A stretch of DNA of 64,000 nucleotides from Heterodontus francisci (Eukaryota): assembly GCF_036365525.1 (NCBI RefSeq), contig NC_090411.1, positions 32,070,432 through 32,134,431 on the forward strand, given 5' to 3'. The position numbers were made by a program, and so were the translations under genes. This document shows, piece after piece, positions 11,413 through 27,089 of this stretch. How positions within the stretch are numbered: the stretch's first letter is position 1; every line of letters starts with the position of its first letter. Under the pieces are notes generated by a model. That model was not told the origin of the DNA and did not search any database. It worked only from the letters and a program-made list of their open reading frames with translations.

Positions 11413-14037
11413 ATGATGGCCTCTCAAGTGTGTCAGAACTACCACAAGGACTGTGAAGATGCTGTTAACAAGCAAATCAACCTGGAGCTCTATTCTTCTT
11501 ATGTTTATCTTTCCATGGTGTGTATTGCTTTCTGGGGGTCCTATTTCAAAGTTAAGATTGGAATTTCAATGCATTTTGAGTAGCTAGAATTTTTCTGGGC
11601 CAATCAGTTGGGTTTATTATCTATCTCTGTAGTTCTCCCTGGTCTTAAATCAGTGAACACCCTTGAAACAGGGACTCTGTTCCTTTCTCTGTAATCTGTG
11701 TCCAATTTTGAAAGTAACTCTCAGGTTCCATGAGGTTTCCAACTGAGGATTCATGTTGAAGATGTATAAACCTAGTCACATTTTCCCACTTAAATGATAA
11801 TTTACATTTAGTGACTAGTTAGTAAACATTGTTTGACTCGTTCTGGACTGTCTTTTTCCCCCTTTGTTAATGAATCAATCCTGTGGTGCTGTCCTTTTTA
11901 TAGGAGGGGTAATTATCTTGCATGAAGCAGTAGTCTACAGGTCTTTCTCTACTGAATGAAGAGAATAAAATCTCACTCACTTCAATCTTCATTGGGGGGA
12001 GCAAAGGATGTCCTACTGTTTAGTATAATTTGAATGCTGAAATGTAATTCTGATCCAAATAGTATTATTGCTTTTAGTGATCTTGCAGGGAGGGGTGTTT
12101 CAACAATTTTCCATTTTACAGTATAAACTTGAAAAGCTAAGCCCCTTTTAATTGAAAGCAAATTCTTTTGAGGTGAAGGTGATTTATCTACCATGTAATT
12201 ACTACCATTTTTCATAGTCATGAATAAGACTTGGGTAGTTGAGTAAATCCTGTAGTGTTAAGCTCTTGTCTGAGGAGTAGTGATATTACATGAAGCAGTA
12301 ATCTTAAAAATCTCATTCTACTGAATGCAACTTCTCTTCTATCACTTCATTGGGGGACAAAGGATGTCCTGCTGATAACTATAGTTTGAGTGCCTGAAAT
12401 GCAACTTTGATCCAAACAGTATTACTGCTTTTTTTTTTTTGTAATGTTACAGGGAGGGGCATTTCAACATTTAACATTTTACAGCCGAATTTTGGAAACC
12501 CAAGCCCCTTTAATTGAAAGCAAATTCTTTTGATATAAAGAATGGGTGATTTATTTACCATACCATTTTTGACATTGCCATAAATGAGATTTGGGTCTGA
12601 CCTCTCTTCCCTTTCCATTTTGTCTCTACCTGCAGTCCTATTACTTTGACCGGGATGATGTTGCCCTGCGTCACTTTGCTGAGTTCTTCAAGGAGCAGTC
12701 ACATGAGGAACGGGAGCATGCTGAGAAACTGATGAAATTCCAGAATAAACGTGGAGGCCGAATCATCTTGGCAGACATCAAGGTTGGGATCTTATCTTCA
12801 CGGAATCCATGATCTAACTTGGATACTTTCAGGCTATGTTCCTTATTCTAATGTCAGTACTCAATCCAGAGTTTAATGAGTAAAATTTCTAGTGTTGGTG
12901 AGTTGGTATGACTGACCTTTGTCTCCTATATTTATAAAATCAATAAATGGATTTTCAGAAGGAACAATGTCTGCTTTGTCAACTATTGGCTGAAACATAG
13001 TGCTTAACTAGTTAACAGTCTTGAGAATGTGGGCCACAGCTGTAGATGTCCCTTAGATGTAGTTGAGGACCAAAAAGGAGAAAAAGAAAATTTAGCATAT
13101 TTGGGGTAATTGGGATTCGAGCTTTGGCCAAAAATTGCAGTGTAGAGGCAATGAACTGATCCAGTGTCCTGTAATGGTCTGTCAACCCAGTGATTAAACC
13201 CCATCCCTCATAGTATTGGTGCACAGATTGTCTTTGCTGCTAACATTGTTGACCTTGAGCATAACATCCCTTGGACTTTGCACTCCCACTAACAGGACCA
13301 CTATTCTGTTCCAGAAGCCAGAGCAGGATGAGTGGAGCAATGGTCTGGAGGCAATGCAGAGAGCTCTGCAGATGGAGAAGGATGTGAACCAGAGTCTGCT
13401 GGATCTGCACAAACTCTCCACTGGCAACACTGACCCTCATGTAAGTTAATATTGGAATGAGTTTTCAGATGGATTGAATGTGATAATTGGAATGTGCCTT
13501 TAACTCTGGTATTGTTCCATATGTTTTTGGGCCTTTTATATTTATATATTAAACAGTGTGAATGGCTTTTTTTTTTTATTTGGATCACCAAACTGTTCAC
13601 AAGGTACTTGGTTTCTCTGGCATCAATCTTTTGTAATCACTTTGTGTAATGGATTTGACTTGCCATATTCTGGGTAAATTTTGGTCTTGTCTGGCTAAAC
13701 TTATTCACAGAATAGAATGATTTCCTTCTGTGCTGACCACTTTGCCTGTTGCCTGTGCTTGTTCTCTGGAGCAAGTCTCGCTCCCATCTGCAGTACTTGC
13801 ACCATTATCCTAGTGCAAATAAAATCTTATCGAATGAAGTTACTTGCATTTTTTAAAGCTAACTATACTTGCCTGTTTCTCATGTTCTAGTTGTGTGACT
13901 TCCTGGAGACTCACTACTTGGATGAGCAAGTGAAGATGATCAAGAAGCTTGGAGATCACATCACCAACCTGAAGAGACTGGGAGCCCCTGACAATGGCAT
14001 GGGAGAGTACCTGTTTGACAAGCACACGCTGAGTTGA
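11413..14037 (+). CDS. fth1: Ferritin copy 3 (C-type), 174 aa
   Basis: Exons 11413-11517, 12636-12782, 13315-13440, 13891-14037; intact frame; RIILADIK variant; ends HTLS*. Confidence 0.95.
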
Positions 14038-16202
14038 TTAGCATTCTAGAATCGTTAGTTCTGTAATATTGGTTGAAATAAAATGTGATCCATTTCTCAT
14101 TAGTATGCAATGTTATTTCTTGCTGGATGTGGAAATAAAGGTATTTATGGACTGAATTTGTTTTTCTTCTCTAAGTAACTCATTTCATTACTCAGATCAC
14201 CAAGGTACCTTACTGTCTAATATCTAATTCCACTGATACTTTACCATGCCTTTGAGTTTTGACCTCCTACATCCAGCTTCTGTGAAGTGATTCAATGTCT
14301 GCTTAGGTTAGTCTGCTCACATCTTCCAATTTTCAGTGAGAAACTTGTAGGGAATGTCTGAATTATGCAAGTTTCACTGCAAAAGTAGTTTCTTGCATCG
14401 ACAGCTGATATGTCATGCAGCTGTATGACACAAGGAAGGGATGCTGAATTTGGTTTTGACCCCCTGTTCTCATTGGAGCAAAGGGCAATGCAGAGAGATT
14501 TGATAGAGAAGGGACCATGTTGACCAAGGAAGATCTATTCCTGTTAGCTAATAACACAAGTACTCACCAACGCAGCCTTGGGGGCTTTGGGCAAGTGATG
14601 TAGGAGTATCTGAGGAGATTTTTTTTTTTAATACAACCAGTGGCAATGCCTTGGAACTTGCTGGTTATGTAGATGGTGGCAGTGTAGCCAATAACTGACT
14701 ACAAAAGGAAATTGGATCAGCATTTGGAGGAAAATACTTGTAGGTGCTAGAGTAGGGGAATGGGGCTGAATGTACTGTACTGGTCACAAAAGACTCCATG
14801 GACTGAATGGCCTCCTGTGTCATAAATGACTCTGACAATTCATTGTAAAACATTCACCATCTTAATCTACCTTTGACCAGGTTGTCATTTGGCCAACTAT
14901 TACTTGGAACCCTATTCACCCAGGAGCTATATTTATGAATGTCTGGGATGAGTGAATGCAGAAATACTTGGGTCAGGTCGTTATACCCCCTTCTATTTCA
15001 GGTTAAAACCATCGCTAGCAAACAAGTCTCAAGTTCAGCTTTGCAGAAGCAACAACACAGGAATTCACAACTCTTAAATTCCATGGGGCTAGACCTCCAT
15101 GTTGCACTGAGACAGAGCAACAGTGTTCTGTTCGAAGCTCTCCACTTTTCATTTCCCCAACATGTCAGTTGGTTCACAAATTTGCTTTGGGCTGGCCAAT
15201 CTTTTTCAAAATATTGTGGTTAGCACTGTGAGAATACATTCATTCTAGACCCATCAAGCGCAGTGTCAATTCTCCAAGAGATGGATCCAATTGTGCTCAA
15301 CACAAAATGAAGTTCCATTTGCAGACTCCTGCGATTATGTTGACAAACTCTGAATCTGAGAACAGATTCAATCGGATTCACTTCGAGAAAACTCAAAGTA
15401 GCCAACATCAAATACATCATTGACAGGATTCTACTGAAGAGATTAGGAAAAATGGAAGTACATGGAATTGCAGGAAACCTTTAGACATGGTCATGGAGTT
15501 GGTTGGGAGGTAGGAAACAGAGAATAGAGATAATGGGTATGTACTCCAATTGGCAGGATATGACTAGTCATCTCTCCCAGGGATCTGTACCAGGGCCTCG
15601 GTTTTTCATTACATTTTTAAATGACATGAAGGAATCGAGAGCCATATATCCAAGTTTGCTAATGACACTAAGTTACTTAGGTGTTACAGTAGGTGGAGTA
15701 AATTGGAGCAGAAAATTGAAAAGCGACATTGATAGATTGTGAGTAGCCAAAACTGTGATCGATAAATTTCAATGTGAGATAGAGCGAGAACAGAGAGAGA
15801 TAAATCAGAATATTTTCTAAATGGTGAGGAGCTAGGAACTGTGGAGGAGCAGAGAGAGTTAGGGGTCCGTGTACAGAAATTACTAAAAGCTAGTGGAGTG
15901 GTATTTAAATGAATTAAAAAGTCGAATAGACTTCATCTCAAGGGTCTGGAATACAAAGGGGTGGAGGTTATTGTATATTTGTATAAAGCTCTGGTTAGAT
16001 CACATCTGGAGTATTGTGTTCAGCTTTGATATATTGACCTTGGTGGGAGTGCAGCACAGATTCACCAGAATGATACCAGGGATAAAAGGGTTAAATTACG
16101 AGGACAGTTTGCATTAACGACTCTTGTATTCTTCAAGTATAGAAGAGTAAAGAATTATTATAATTGATGTGTTTAACATGAGTACTAGATTTGATCAGGT
16201 GT

Positions 16203-17639
16203 TGTTATAACGGTGCTGCTACATTTCTTGTTGGTTTTTTTTGGTAGACTCATATTTTAGATTTATGGACATTGTTTTATTTTGGGAAAACTGAAAAGGA
16301 TTCTATGGATTTTCTTGTCATTGTGGTCATTGAAAGGGCACTGAGAGGATTTGTGGTGAACAACCCTCACTGGCAGTCTCCAGTCTTCAGATAAATATCC
16401 CAGCAGGGGCTTTTTGACTTGGAGAAGATGTTTACAGTGAAGTGACAGGTCAGGATTTATAGGGGTCAGGAGGCTTGACTCTTGAGATATTGTTTTTGAT
16501 TTTGCTTTGAACAGTGTGTTGGAGTGTGAACTGTTTTGAAGACAATTGGAGAAAACCAGCCAAGAGAGCAGTCACCATCAGCATCCTCTTCTATCTTTTT
16601 GAGAATTTCCTGTGAATTAAGTGTAAGAAATAGGGAAACTAATATTGCATGTCTCCTGAAAAGGCTGCCAGAAACCCTGATGGCGCATTTCACGTGGAAA
16701 ACCGACCAAACTGATCTTCAATGTCGCCTGAAAAGAACTGTTCTGGAAAGATCCCAGTGGCAGCAGTCTACATGTATTTGGGACACCAAACCAAAAAAGG
16801 GACAACAGACATTTTTCTGTATCTTCTCTTTTTTCTTCAAGAATTAACAATATTTGGGCAAAGTATTCTTTTTTGCCTTTTTTGTAACAGAGCTCTAAAA
16901 AGAAAATCTCTTTTTCTGGTTATCCAGTGTGTGTGTGTATGTGTCTGTGTGAGGTAAAGACCTGCTACCCGACCCTAACACGACGGGACCTGACGACATG
17001 TGTCGGGTACAGGTCGGGTCGGGTCGCTCATTTGGGTGCGGCTTTCAGGCACTTCAGGTAAGAAGTGTTAAAAGTAAAAAACCCAGCTGAGGTGGGAGTC
17101 CGGGACGTCAAAGAGGGAAACTCTAAGTCTGCGCAGTGAGCGAGTGAACGTCCCTATGACGTCATCACGCTCATGCTGCAGCTTCCTGCAGATTGGGAGT
17201 CGCAGGGTAGGTAAAAGGAACATTCCGGTAGTTGGGTTGGGCTCAGGTCGGTTTGGGCTGGGTCGGGGTCGGGCTCGGGTCTGGGCTTGGGAAGAAAATG
17301 GAGGGACTCGGGCCGGATGGGGCTCGGGTCAGATGTGGTTCTGTTGGGTTTGCATCGGGTTTTTTTTCGTGACCTGAGCAGGCCTTTAGTGTGAGGGGCT
17401 AAGATAAAAGGGAACTTTCATATTTCAATCTGTGTGTTACTGGTTAAGTCTTGTTTTATAATTAACTGATAATTTTGTTGTTTATTAAAGAAACCTGGTT
17501 GGTGTATTTTATTTTGGGGTAAAAATAGAGTCTATGATTGACCGTATTGGTAACTGGGTAAACATTTAAATATATGTTGTGACCTGTGGAGAAGTGGAAC
17601 TAGAAAAAACAATGCCCTCCTCCCACCTCAGTCAGAACA
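16203..17639 (+). mobile_element. Solo LTR copy containing a nested hAT MITE
   Basis: Paralog of 9835-10838. Other copies at 1-141 (partial), 23268-24270, 29240-30614 and 42625-43145 (internally deleted). Confidence 0.6.
16955..17388. mobile_element. Non-autonomous hAT-type DNA transposon (MITE)
   Basis: 12-bp TIRs TAAAGACCTGCT/AGCAGGCCTTTA (1 mismatch), 8-bp TSD GTGTGAGG on both sides, empty site at about 10578, and subterminal CGGGT repeats. Confidence 0.85.
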
Positions 17640-18221
17640 ATATATAGAGAGAAACTATTTTCTCTGGTGGAGCAGTCCAGGACAGGGGCTATCATCTGAA
17701 TATTAGAACTAGACCATTCAGGGGTGATGTTAGGAAACATTTCTTCACAAAAAGGGATATGGAAATCTGGAATTCTCTCCCCCAAAATGTTGACATCAAT
17801 TAAACATTTCAAAACTAAAACTGTTAGATTTTTGTTCGGTACAGGTATGATGCAATATGGATCCAATGCAGGCAAATGTCCTTAAGTGACAAACCATGAT
17901 CTAATTGAATGGTGGAACAGGCTTGAGGGGCTGATTAGCTTCCTCCTGTTCCTATGTTCCAATCACAGTATAATCATCCAAACCTGCCTGTATTCCACAG
18001 CTCTCATTGTCTCTGGGTCCAACCCCCACAGCCTGACTCCATTGTTAACAGGTGCCTGGATTCAATAACTATTCCTGAGTGGCTACCTGGAATTGTCAAT
18101 CATCATTAATGATGTCATTCCCTGTTTGAATGCAGGCTGTCCCAACGGTACAAATACAAGAGCTTGTGCAGGAAACAGTTACATTGTTGTTTGAACTTAG
18201 CTTCTGTTAGCAGGAAAGATT

Positions 18222-21004
<2,783 letters not shown>

Positions 21005-22255
21005 TTAGGGTTCTGCAACTATTAGTTCTGTACTTGCTGAATGCTTTTTGATTGCCAGTTTTCTCGTCTCTTGCTGTATATGGAAATAAAAGTATTTATC
21101 ATGGATCTGATCTTTGTATAAGTCAATAACTGATTTGATTATTCAGATCATTATGCCTAGTTATATACTGATTCCATTTAAACCTTTCCCTCTCCCTGGC
21201 CAGCCTCCCAAACTTGGTTCAATGCCTTCTGAGGATAACTTACTCACATCTCCCAATTTTCATCGAGAAGCTTGTAGAGGATATCGGAAATATGCAGCTT
21301 CTGCTACAGCCATGTTCTTGCTGCTGTAGGTGAAGTAGCATGAACTTGTGAAATATGGGGAAAGGATACCTAATTTCTACCTGCATGTGACCTTTATGTC
21401 CACTTATAGACCAGAATTAACCACCTTTAATCTGCCATTTGATTAACTAATATCTGTATCCCTATTCACTAAAAGGGTATGTTTACCAATGTCTCGCCTC
21501 AGTACAGGGAGATGCTTGGATGAGGTAGTAGGAGACCCCTACGAATTGAGCTCATAAAGCTTCCTTCATAACAGTCCTGCACTTTGCCGAAAGTGTACTG
21601 TGACCTTACAGGTCTTAACTTCGATGGGGATTGTGCTCCATCTCTCCAGCGTTATGTGGAGCAACAACGATCACTTTAAAGCTTCTCCATTTTCTATTTC
21701 CCTAATTTGCTGGTTAGGTTGCAGAGTCAGTGTGGATCACTTTCCATCTATTGTGGTCAAGATTGGTATCCCTGGCTTGGTCTAGACCCACCTGTGGGTG
21801 CATCAACTTTCCAAGCCATCTTAATTTGGATCCAATTGTGCAAAATGGAATTTCCATTAACAAACTCATACAATTACATTATGAATTACTGACTCTGAAC
21901 AGATTCAGTTTGAGGAAAGCCAATATCAAATACATCACGGACATGGTTCAACACGAGATGAGGAAAAATGGAAGCCTGTGCAATTGGAGGAAATCTTTAT
22001 TTATGGGTGGAGATTTGGTTTTGAGATGGGAGACAGAGTAGGGATAATGGGTGTGTACTCCAAACTATGGCTCGTCATCCTTTCCTGGGATCTATACTGT
22101 GGCTTCAGCTTTTCATTATATTTATAAATGATATCGATGAAGGAATAGAGTGCAGGATATGCAGGTTTTCTGATGCCACTATGTTGGGTGGCACAGTTAG
22201 TGTAAATTGGAGCAGGAATTTGCAAAGGGACATTGATAGAGTAAGTGAGTGTGAA

Positions 22256-22576
22256 AATAGGACTGCAGGTAGAGACAAAAAAAAAATTGAAGAAAGCCAG
22301 GTCACATCCAAAATTCCCTCCATGGTCACATCAAAAATGGTGGCAGTATCATAGATGAAATACCCATTCATAACTTCAATACCTTGCTTTTGAAAGCATT
22401 TACAGTTTAAGGGAGAAAGTATGATTCTTACACAAAGCACAATTGGCTTCATTAATCTTTTCTGAAAAGGTTGAAAGTCCCTCCTCATGAAGTAGAAACA
22501 AGGCAAGTGGCTAAAATTAGACAAGAGGGATCCATGATATTTTTTGGTAGAATCTATTAGAGGTCCAAGTGCAGGT
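22256..22576 (-). other. Inverted fragment of B-type ferritin intron 1/exon 2 junction (rearrangement scar)
   Basis: Reverse complement of 6345-6670. Confidence 0.9.
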
Positions 22577-24840
22577 AGAAAACCGAGAGTAGAGATAATG
22601 GGTATGTACTCTAATTGGCAGGCTACGATGAGTCATCTCTCCCAGGGATCTGTACCTGGGCCTCAGTTTTTCATTACATTTTTAAATGACATGAAGGAAT
22701 CGAGAGCCATATATCCAAGTTTGCTAATGACACTAAGTTACTTAGGTGTTACAGTAGGTGGAGTAAATTTGAGCAGAAAATTGAAAAGCGACATTGATAG
22801 ATTGTGAGTAGCCAAAAGTGTGATCGATAAATTTCAATGTCAGAGCGAGGACAGAGAGACATAAATCAGAATATTTTCCAAATGGTGAGGAGCTAGGAAC
22901 TGTGGAGGAGCAGAGAGAGTTAGGGGTCCGTGTAAATTACTAAAAGCTAGTGGACTAGTACATAAATGAATTAAAATGTCTAATAGTCTGTTAGTCTTCA
23001 TCTCAAGGAGTCTGTAAAACATAGGGTGGATGTTTTGCTATATTTGTATAAAGCCGTGGTTAGATCACATCTGGAGTACTGTGTTCAGCTTTGATATATT
23101 GACCTTGGTGGGAGTGCAGCACAGATTCACCAGAATGATACCAGGGATAAAAGGGTTAAATTACGAGGACAGTTTGCATGAATGACTTTTGTATTCTTCA
23201 AGTATAGAAGAGTAAAGAATTAATATAATTGATATGTTGAACATGAATAATAGATATGATAAGGTATCGTTGTGACGGTGTTGCTATATTTCTCGTTGGT
23301 TTTTGTTGAGGACTCATATTTTAGATTTATGGACATTGTTTTATTTTGGGAAAATTGAAAAGGATTGTATGGATTTTTTTTCACTGGGGTCATTGAAAGG
23401 GCACTGAGAGGACTTGTTGTAAACAACACTCACTGGAAGTTACCTGTCTTCAGATAAATATCAGCAGGGGCTTTTTGACTTGGAGAAGATATTTACAGAG
23501 AAGTGACAGGTCAAAATGTACAGGGGTCAGGAGGCTTGACTCTCGAGATATTGTTTTTGGTTTTGCTTTGAACTGTGTATTGGGATATAAACTGTTTCAA
23601 GGCAATTGGAGAAAACCAGCCAAGAGAGCAGTCACCATCAGCATCCTCTTCCATCTTTTTGAGAACTTCCTGTGAATTAAGTGTAAGAAATAGAGAAACT
23701 GATGCTGCATGTCTCCTGAAAAGGCTGCCAGAAACCCCTGACGGTGCATCTCACCTGGAACACCAGCCAAACTGATCTTCAATGTCCCCTGAAAAGAACT
23801 ATTCTGGAAAGATCCAAGTGGCAGCAGTCTAAGGGTATTTAGGACGGAAAACCAAAAAAGGGACAACTGACATCTTTCCATATCTTCTCTTTTATCTGCA
23901 AGAATTAGCAAGTATCAGGCCAAAGTATTCCTTTTTGTCTTTTTTTTGTAACAGAGTTCTAAAAAGAAAATCTTTTTTTTTCTGGTTCTCCAGTGTGTGT
24001 GTGTATGTTTGTGTGAGGGGCTAGGGTAAAAGGGAACTTTCATTTTTCAATCGGTGTGTTATTGCTTTGCTTTGTTACTGGTTAATTCTTGTTTTATAAT
24101 AAATTGATAATTTTGTTATTAAATAAACCTGGTTAGTCTATTTATACTGGGGTAAAAATAGAGTATATGATTGACCAAATCAGTAACTGGGTAAACATTT
24201 AAATACATGTTGTGACCTGTGGAGAAGTGGGATTAGAAAAAAATTGCACTCCTCCCACCTCGGTCAAACAGAAAATACAGAGGAACAATTTTCTCTGGTG
24301 ACATTGTCCAGGACAAGGGGTATAATCTTAAAATTAGAGCTAGACCATTCAGGGGTGATGTCAGGAAGCATTTTCTCACAAAAAGTGAAATGAAAAGCCG
24401 CAACTGTCTCCCCCAAAATGTTCAGATCAATTAAATATTTCAAAAGTGAGATTGTTAGGTTTGGGTATGAAGAAATATGGATCCAATGCAGGCAAAATGC
24501 ATTTAGATACAAACCATGATCTAATTGAATGGTGGAATAGGCTTGAGGGGCTGATTGGCCTCCTCCTGTTCCTATGTTCCAATCACAGTCTAATCATCCA
24601 AACCTGCCTGAATTCCACGGCTCTCATTGTCTCTGGGTCCACCCCCACAACCCGTCTACATTGTTAATTGGTGCCTGGATTCATGAGCGATTCCTGACTG
24701 GCTACCTGGAATTGTCAATCATCATTAATGATGTCATTCCCTGTTTGAATGCAGGCTGTCCCAGTAGCATAAATACAAGAGCTTGGGTAGGAAGCAGTTA
24801 GATTGTTGTTTGAACTTAGCTTCTGTTAGTAGTAAAGATT

Positions 24841-27089
24841 ATGATGGCCACTCAAGTGTGTCAGAACTACCACAAGGACTGTGAAGATGCTGTTAACAAG
24901 CAAATCAACCTGGAGCTCTATTCCTCCTATGTTTATCTTTCCATGGTGTGTATTGCTTTCTGGGGGTCCTATTTCAAAGTTATGATTGGAATTTCAATGC
25001 ATTTTGAGTAGCTAGAATTTTTCTGGGCCAATCAGTTGGGTTTATTATCTATCTCTGTAGTTCTCCCTGGTCTTAAATCAGTGAACACCCTTGAAACAGG
25101 GACTCTGTTCCTTTCTCTGTAATCTGTGTCCAATTTTGAAAGTAACCCTCAGGTTCCATGAGGTTTCCAATTGAGGATTCATGTTGAAGATGTATAAACC
25201 TAGTCACATTTTCCCACTTAAATGATAATTTATATTTAGTGACTAGTTAGTAAACATTGTCTGACTAGTTCTGGACTGTCTTTTTCCCCCTTTGTTAATG
25301 AATCAATCCTGTGGTGCTGTCCTTTTTATAGGAGGGGTAATTATCTTGCATGAAGCAGTAGTCTACAGGTCTTTCTCTACTGAATGAGGAGAATAAAATC
25401 TCACTCGCTTCAATCTTCATTGGGGGGAGCAAAGGATGTTCTACTCTTTAGTATAATTTGAATGCTGAAATGTAATTCTGATCCAAATAGTATTATTGCT
25501 TTTAGTGATCTTGCAGGGAGGGGTGTTTCAACAATTTTCCATTTTACAGTATAAACTTGAAAAGCTAAGCCCCTTTTAATTGAAAGCAAATTCTTTTGAG
25601 ATTAAGAATGGGTGATTTATTTACCATACCATTTTTGACATGGCCATAAATGAGATTTGGGTCTGACCTCTCTTCCTTTTCCATTTTGTCTCTACCTGCA
25701 GTCCTATTACTTTGACCGGGATGATGTTGCCCTGCGTCACTTTGCTGAGTTCTTCAAGGAGCAGTCACATGAGGAACGGGAGCACGCTGAGAAACTGCTG
25801 AAATTCCAGAATAAACGTGGAGGCCGAATCATCTTGGCAGACATCAAGGTTGGGATCTTATCTTCATGGAATCCATGATCTAACTTGGATACTTTCAGGC
25901 TATGTTCCTTATTCTAATAATGTCAGTACTCAATCTAGAGTTTAATGAGTAAAATTTCTAGTGTTGCTATGACTGACCTTTGTCTCCTATATTTATAAAA
26001 TCAATAAATGGATTTTCAGAAGGAACAATGTCTGCTTTGTCAACTATTTCATGAAACATACAGTGCTTCACTATGTAACAGTCTTGAGAATGTGGGCCAC
26101 AGCTGTAGATGTCCCTTGGATGTAGTTGAGGATTATCAAGGAGAAAAAGAAAGTTTAGCGTAATTGGGATCAGAGCTTTGGCCAAAAATGGCAGTGCAGA
26201 GGCAATGTATTGATCCAGTGTCCTGTAATGGTCTGTCAACCCAGTGATTAAACCCCATCCCTCATAGTATTGGGATGCACAGATTGTCTTTGTTACTGCT
26301 AACATTGTTGACCTTGAGCATAACATCCCTTGGACTTTGCACTCCCACTAACAGGACCACTATTCTGTTCCAGAAGCCAGAGCAGGATGAGTGGAGCAAT
26401 GGTCTGGAGGCAATGCAGAGAGCTCTGCAGATGGAGAAGGATGTGAACCAGAGTCTGCTGGATCTGCACAAACTCTCCACTGGCAACACTGACCCTCATG
26501 TAAGTTAATATTGGAATGAGTTTTCAGATGGATTGAATGTGATAATTGGAATCTGCCCTTAACTCTGGTAGCATTCCATATGTTTTTGGGCCTTTTATTT
26601 TTTTTAAAAAGGCATTCACACTGTTGATCTGGATCCCCAAACTGTTCACAAGGTATTTGGTTTCTCTGGCATCGATCTTTTGTATTCACTTTGTGTAATG
26701 GATTTGACTTGCCATATTCTGGGTAAATTTTGGTCTTGTCTGGCTAAACTTACTCACAGAATAGAATGATTTCATTCTGTGCTGACCACTTGGCCTGCTG
26801 CCTGTGCTTGTTCTCTAGAGCAAGTCTTGCTCCCATGTCCAGTACTTGCACCATTATCCTAGTGTAAATAAATAATCTTATCGCATGAAGTTACTTGCAT
26901 TTTTTTAAAGCTAACTATACTTGCCTGTTTCTCATGTTCTAGTTGTGTGACTTCCTGGAGACTCACTACTTGGATGAGCAAGTGAAGATGATCAAGAAGC
27001 TTGGAGATCACATCACCAACCTGAAGAGACTGGGAGCTCCTGACAATGGCACGGGCGAGTACTTGTTTGACAAGCACACGCTGAGTTGA
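24841..27089 (+). CDS. fth1: Ferritin copy 5 (C-type), 174 aa
   Basis: Exons 24841-24945, 25702-25848, 26374-26499, 26943-27089; MMATQ start and NGTGEY variant. Confidence 0.94.

Larger units (their letters stand above)
1..17498 (+). repeat. Higher-order repeat unit 1 (copies 1-3)
   Basis: Sequence at position 1 recurs at 17499, 30474 and 43006. Unit 1 is collinear with and highly similar to unit 2. Confidence 0.9.

Noticed and set aside
16500-16525. TGCTTTGAACAGTGTGTTGG as an IRE
   Set aside because: It has a CAGTGT loop but the flanks (TTGAA/GTTGG) do not form the stem, it lies in the LTR about 1.7 kb from the nearest downstream ATG, and paralogous LTRs read AACTGTGT.
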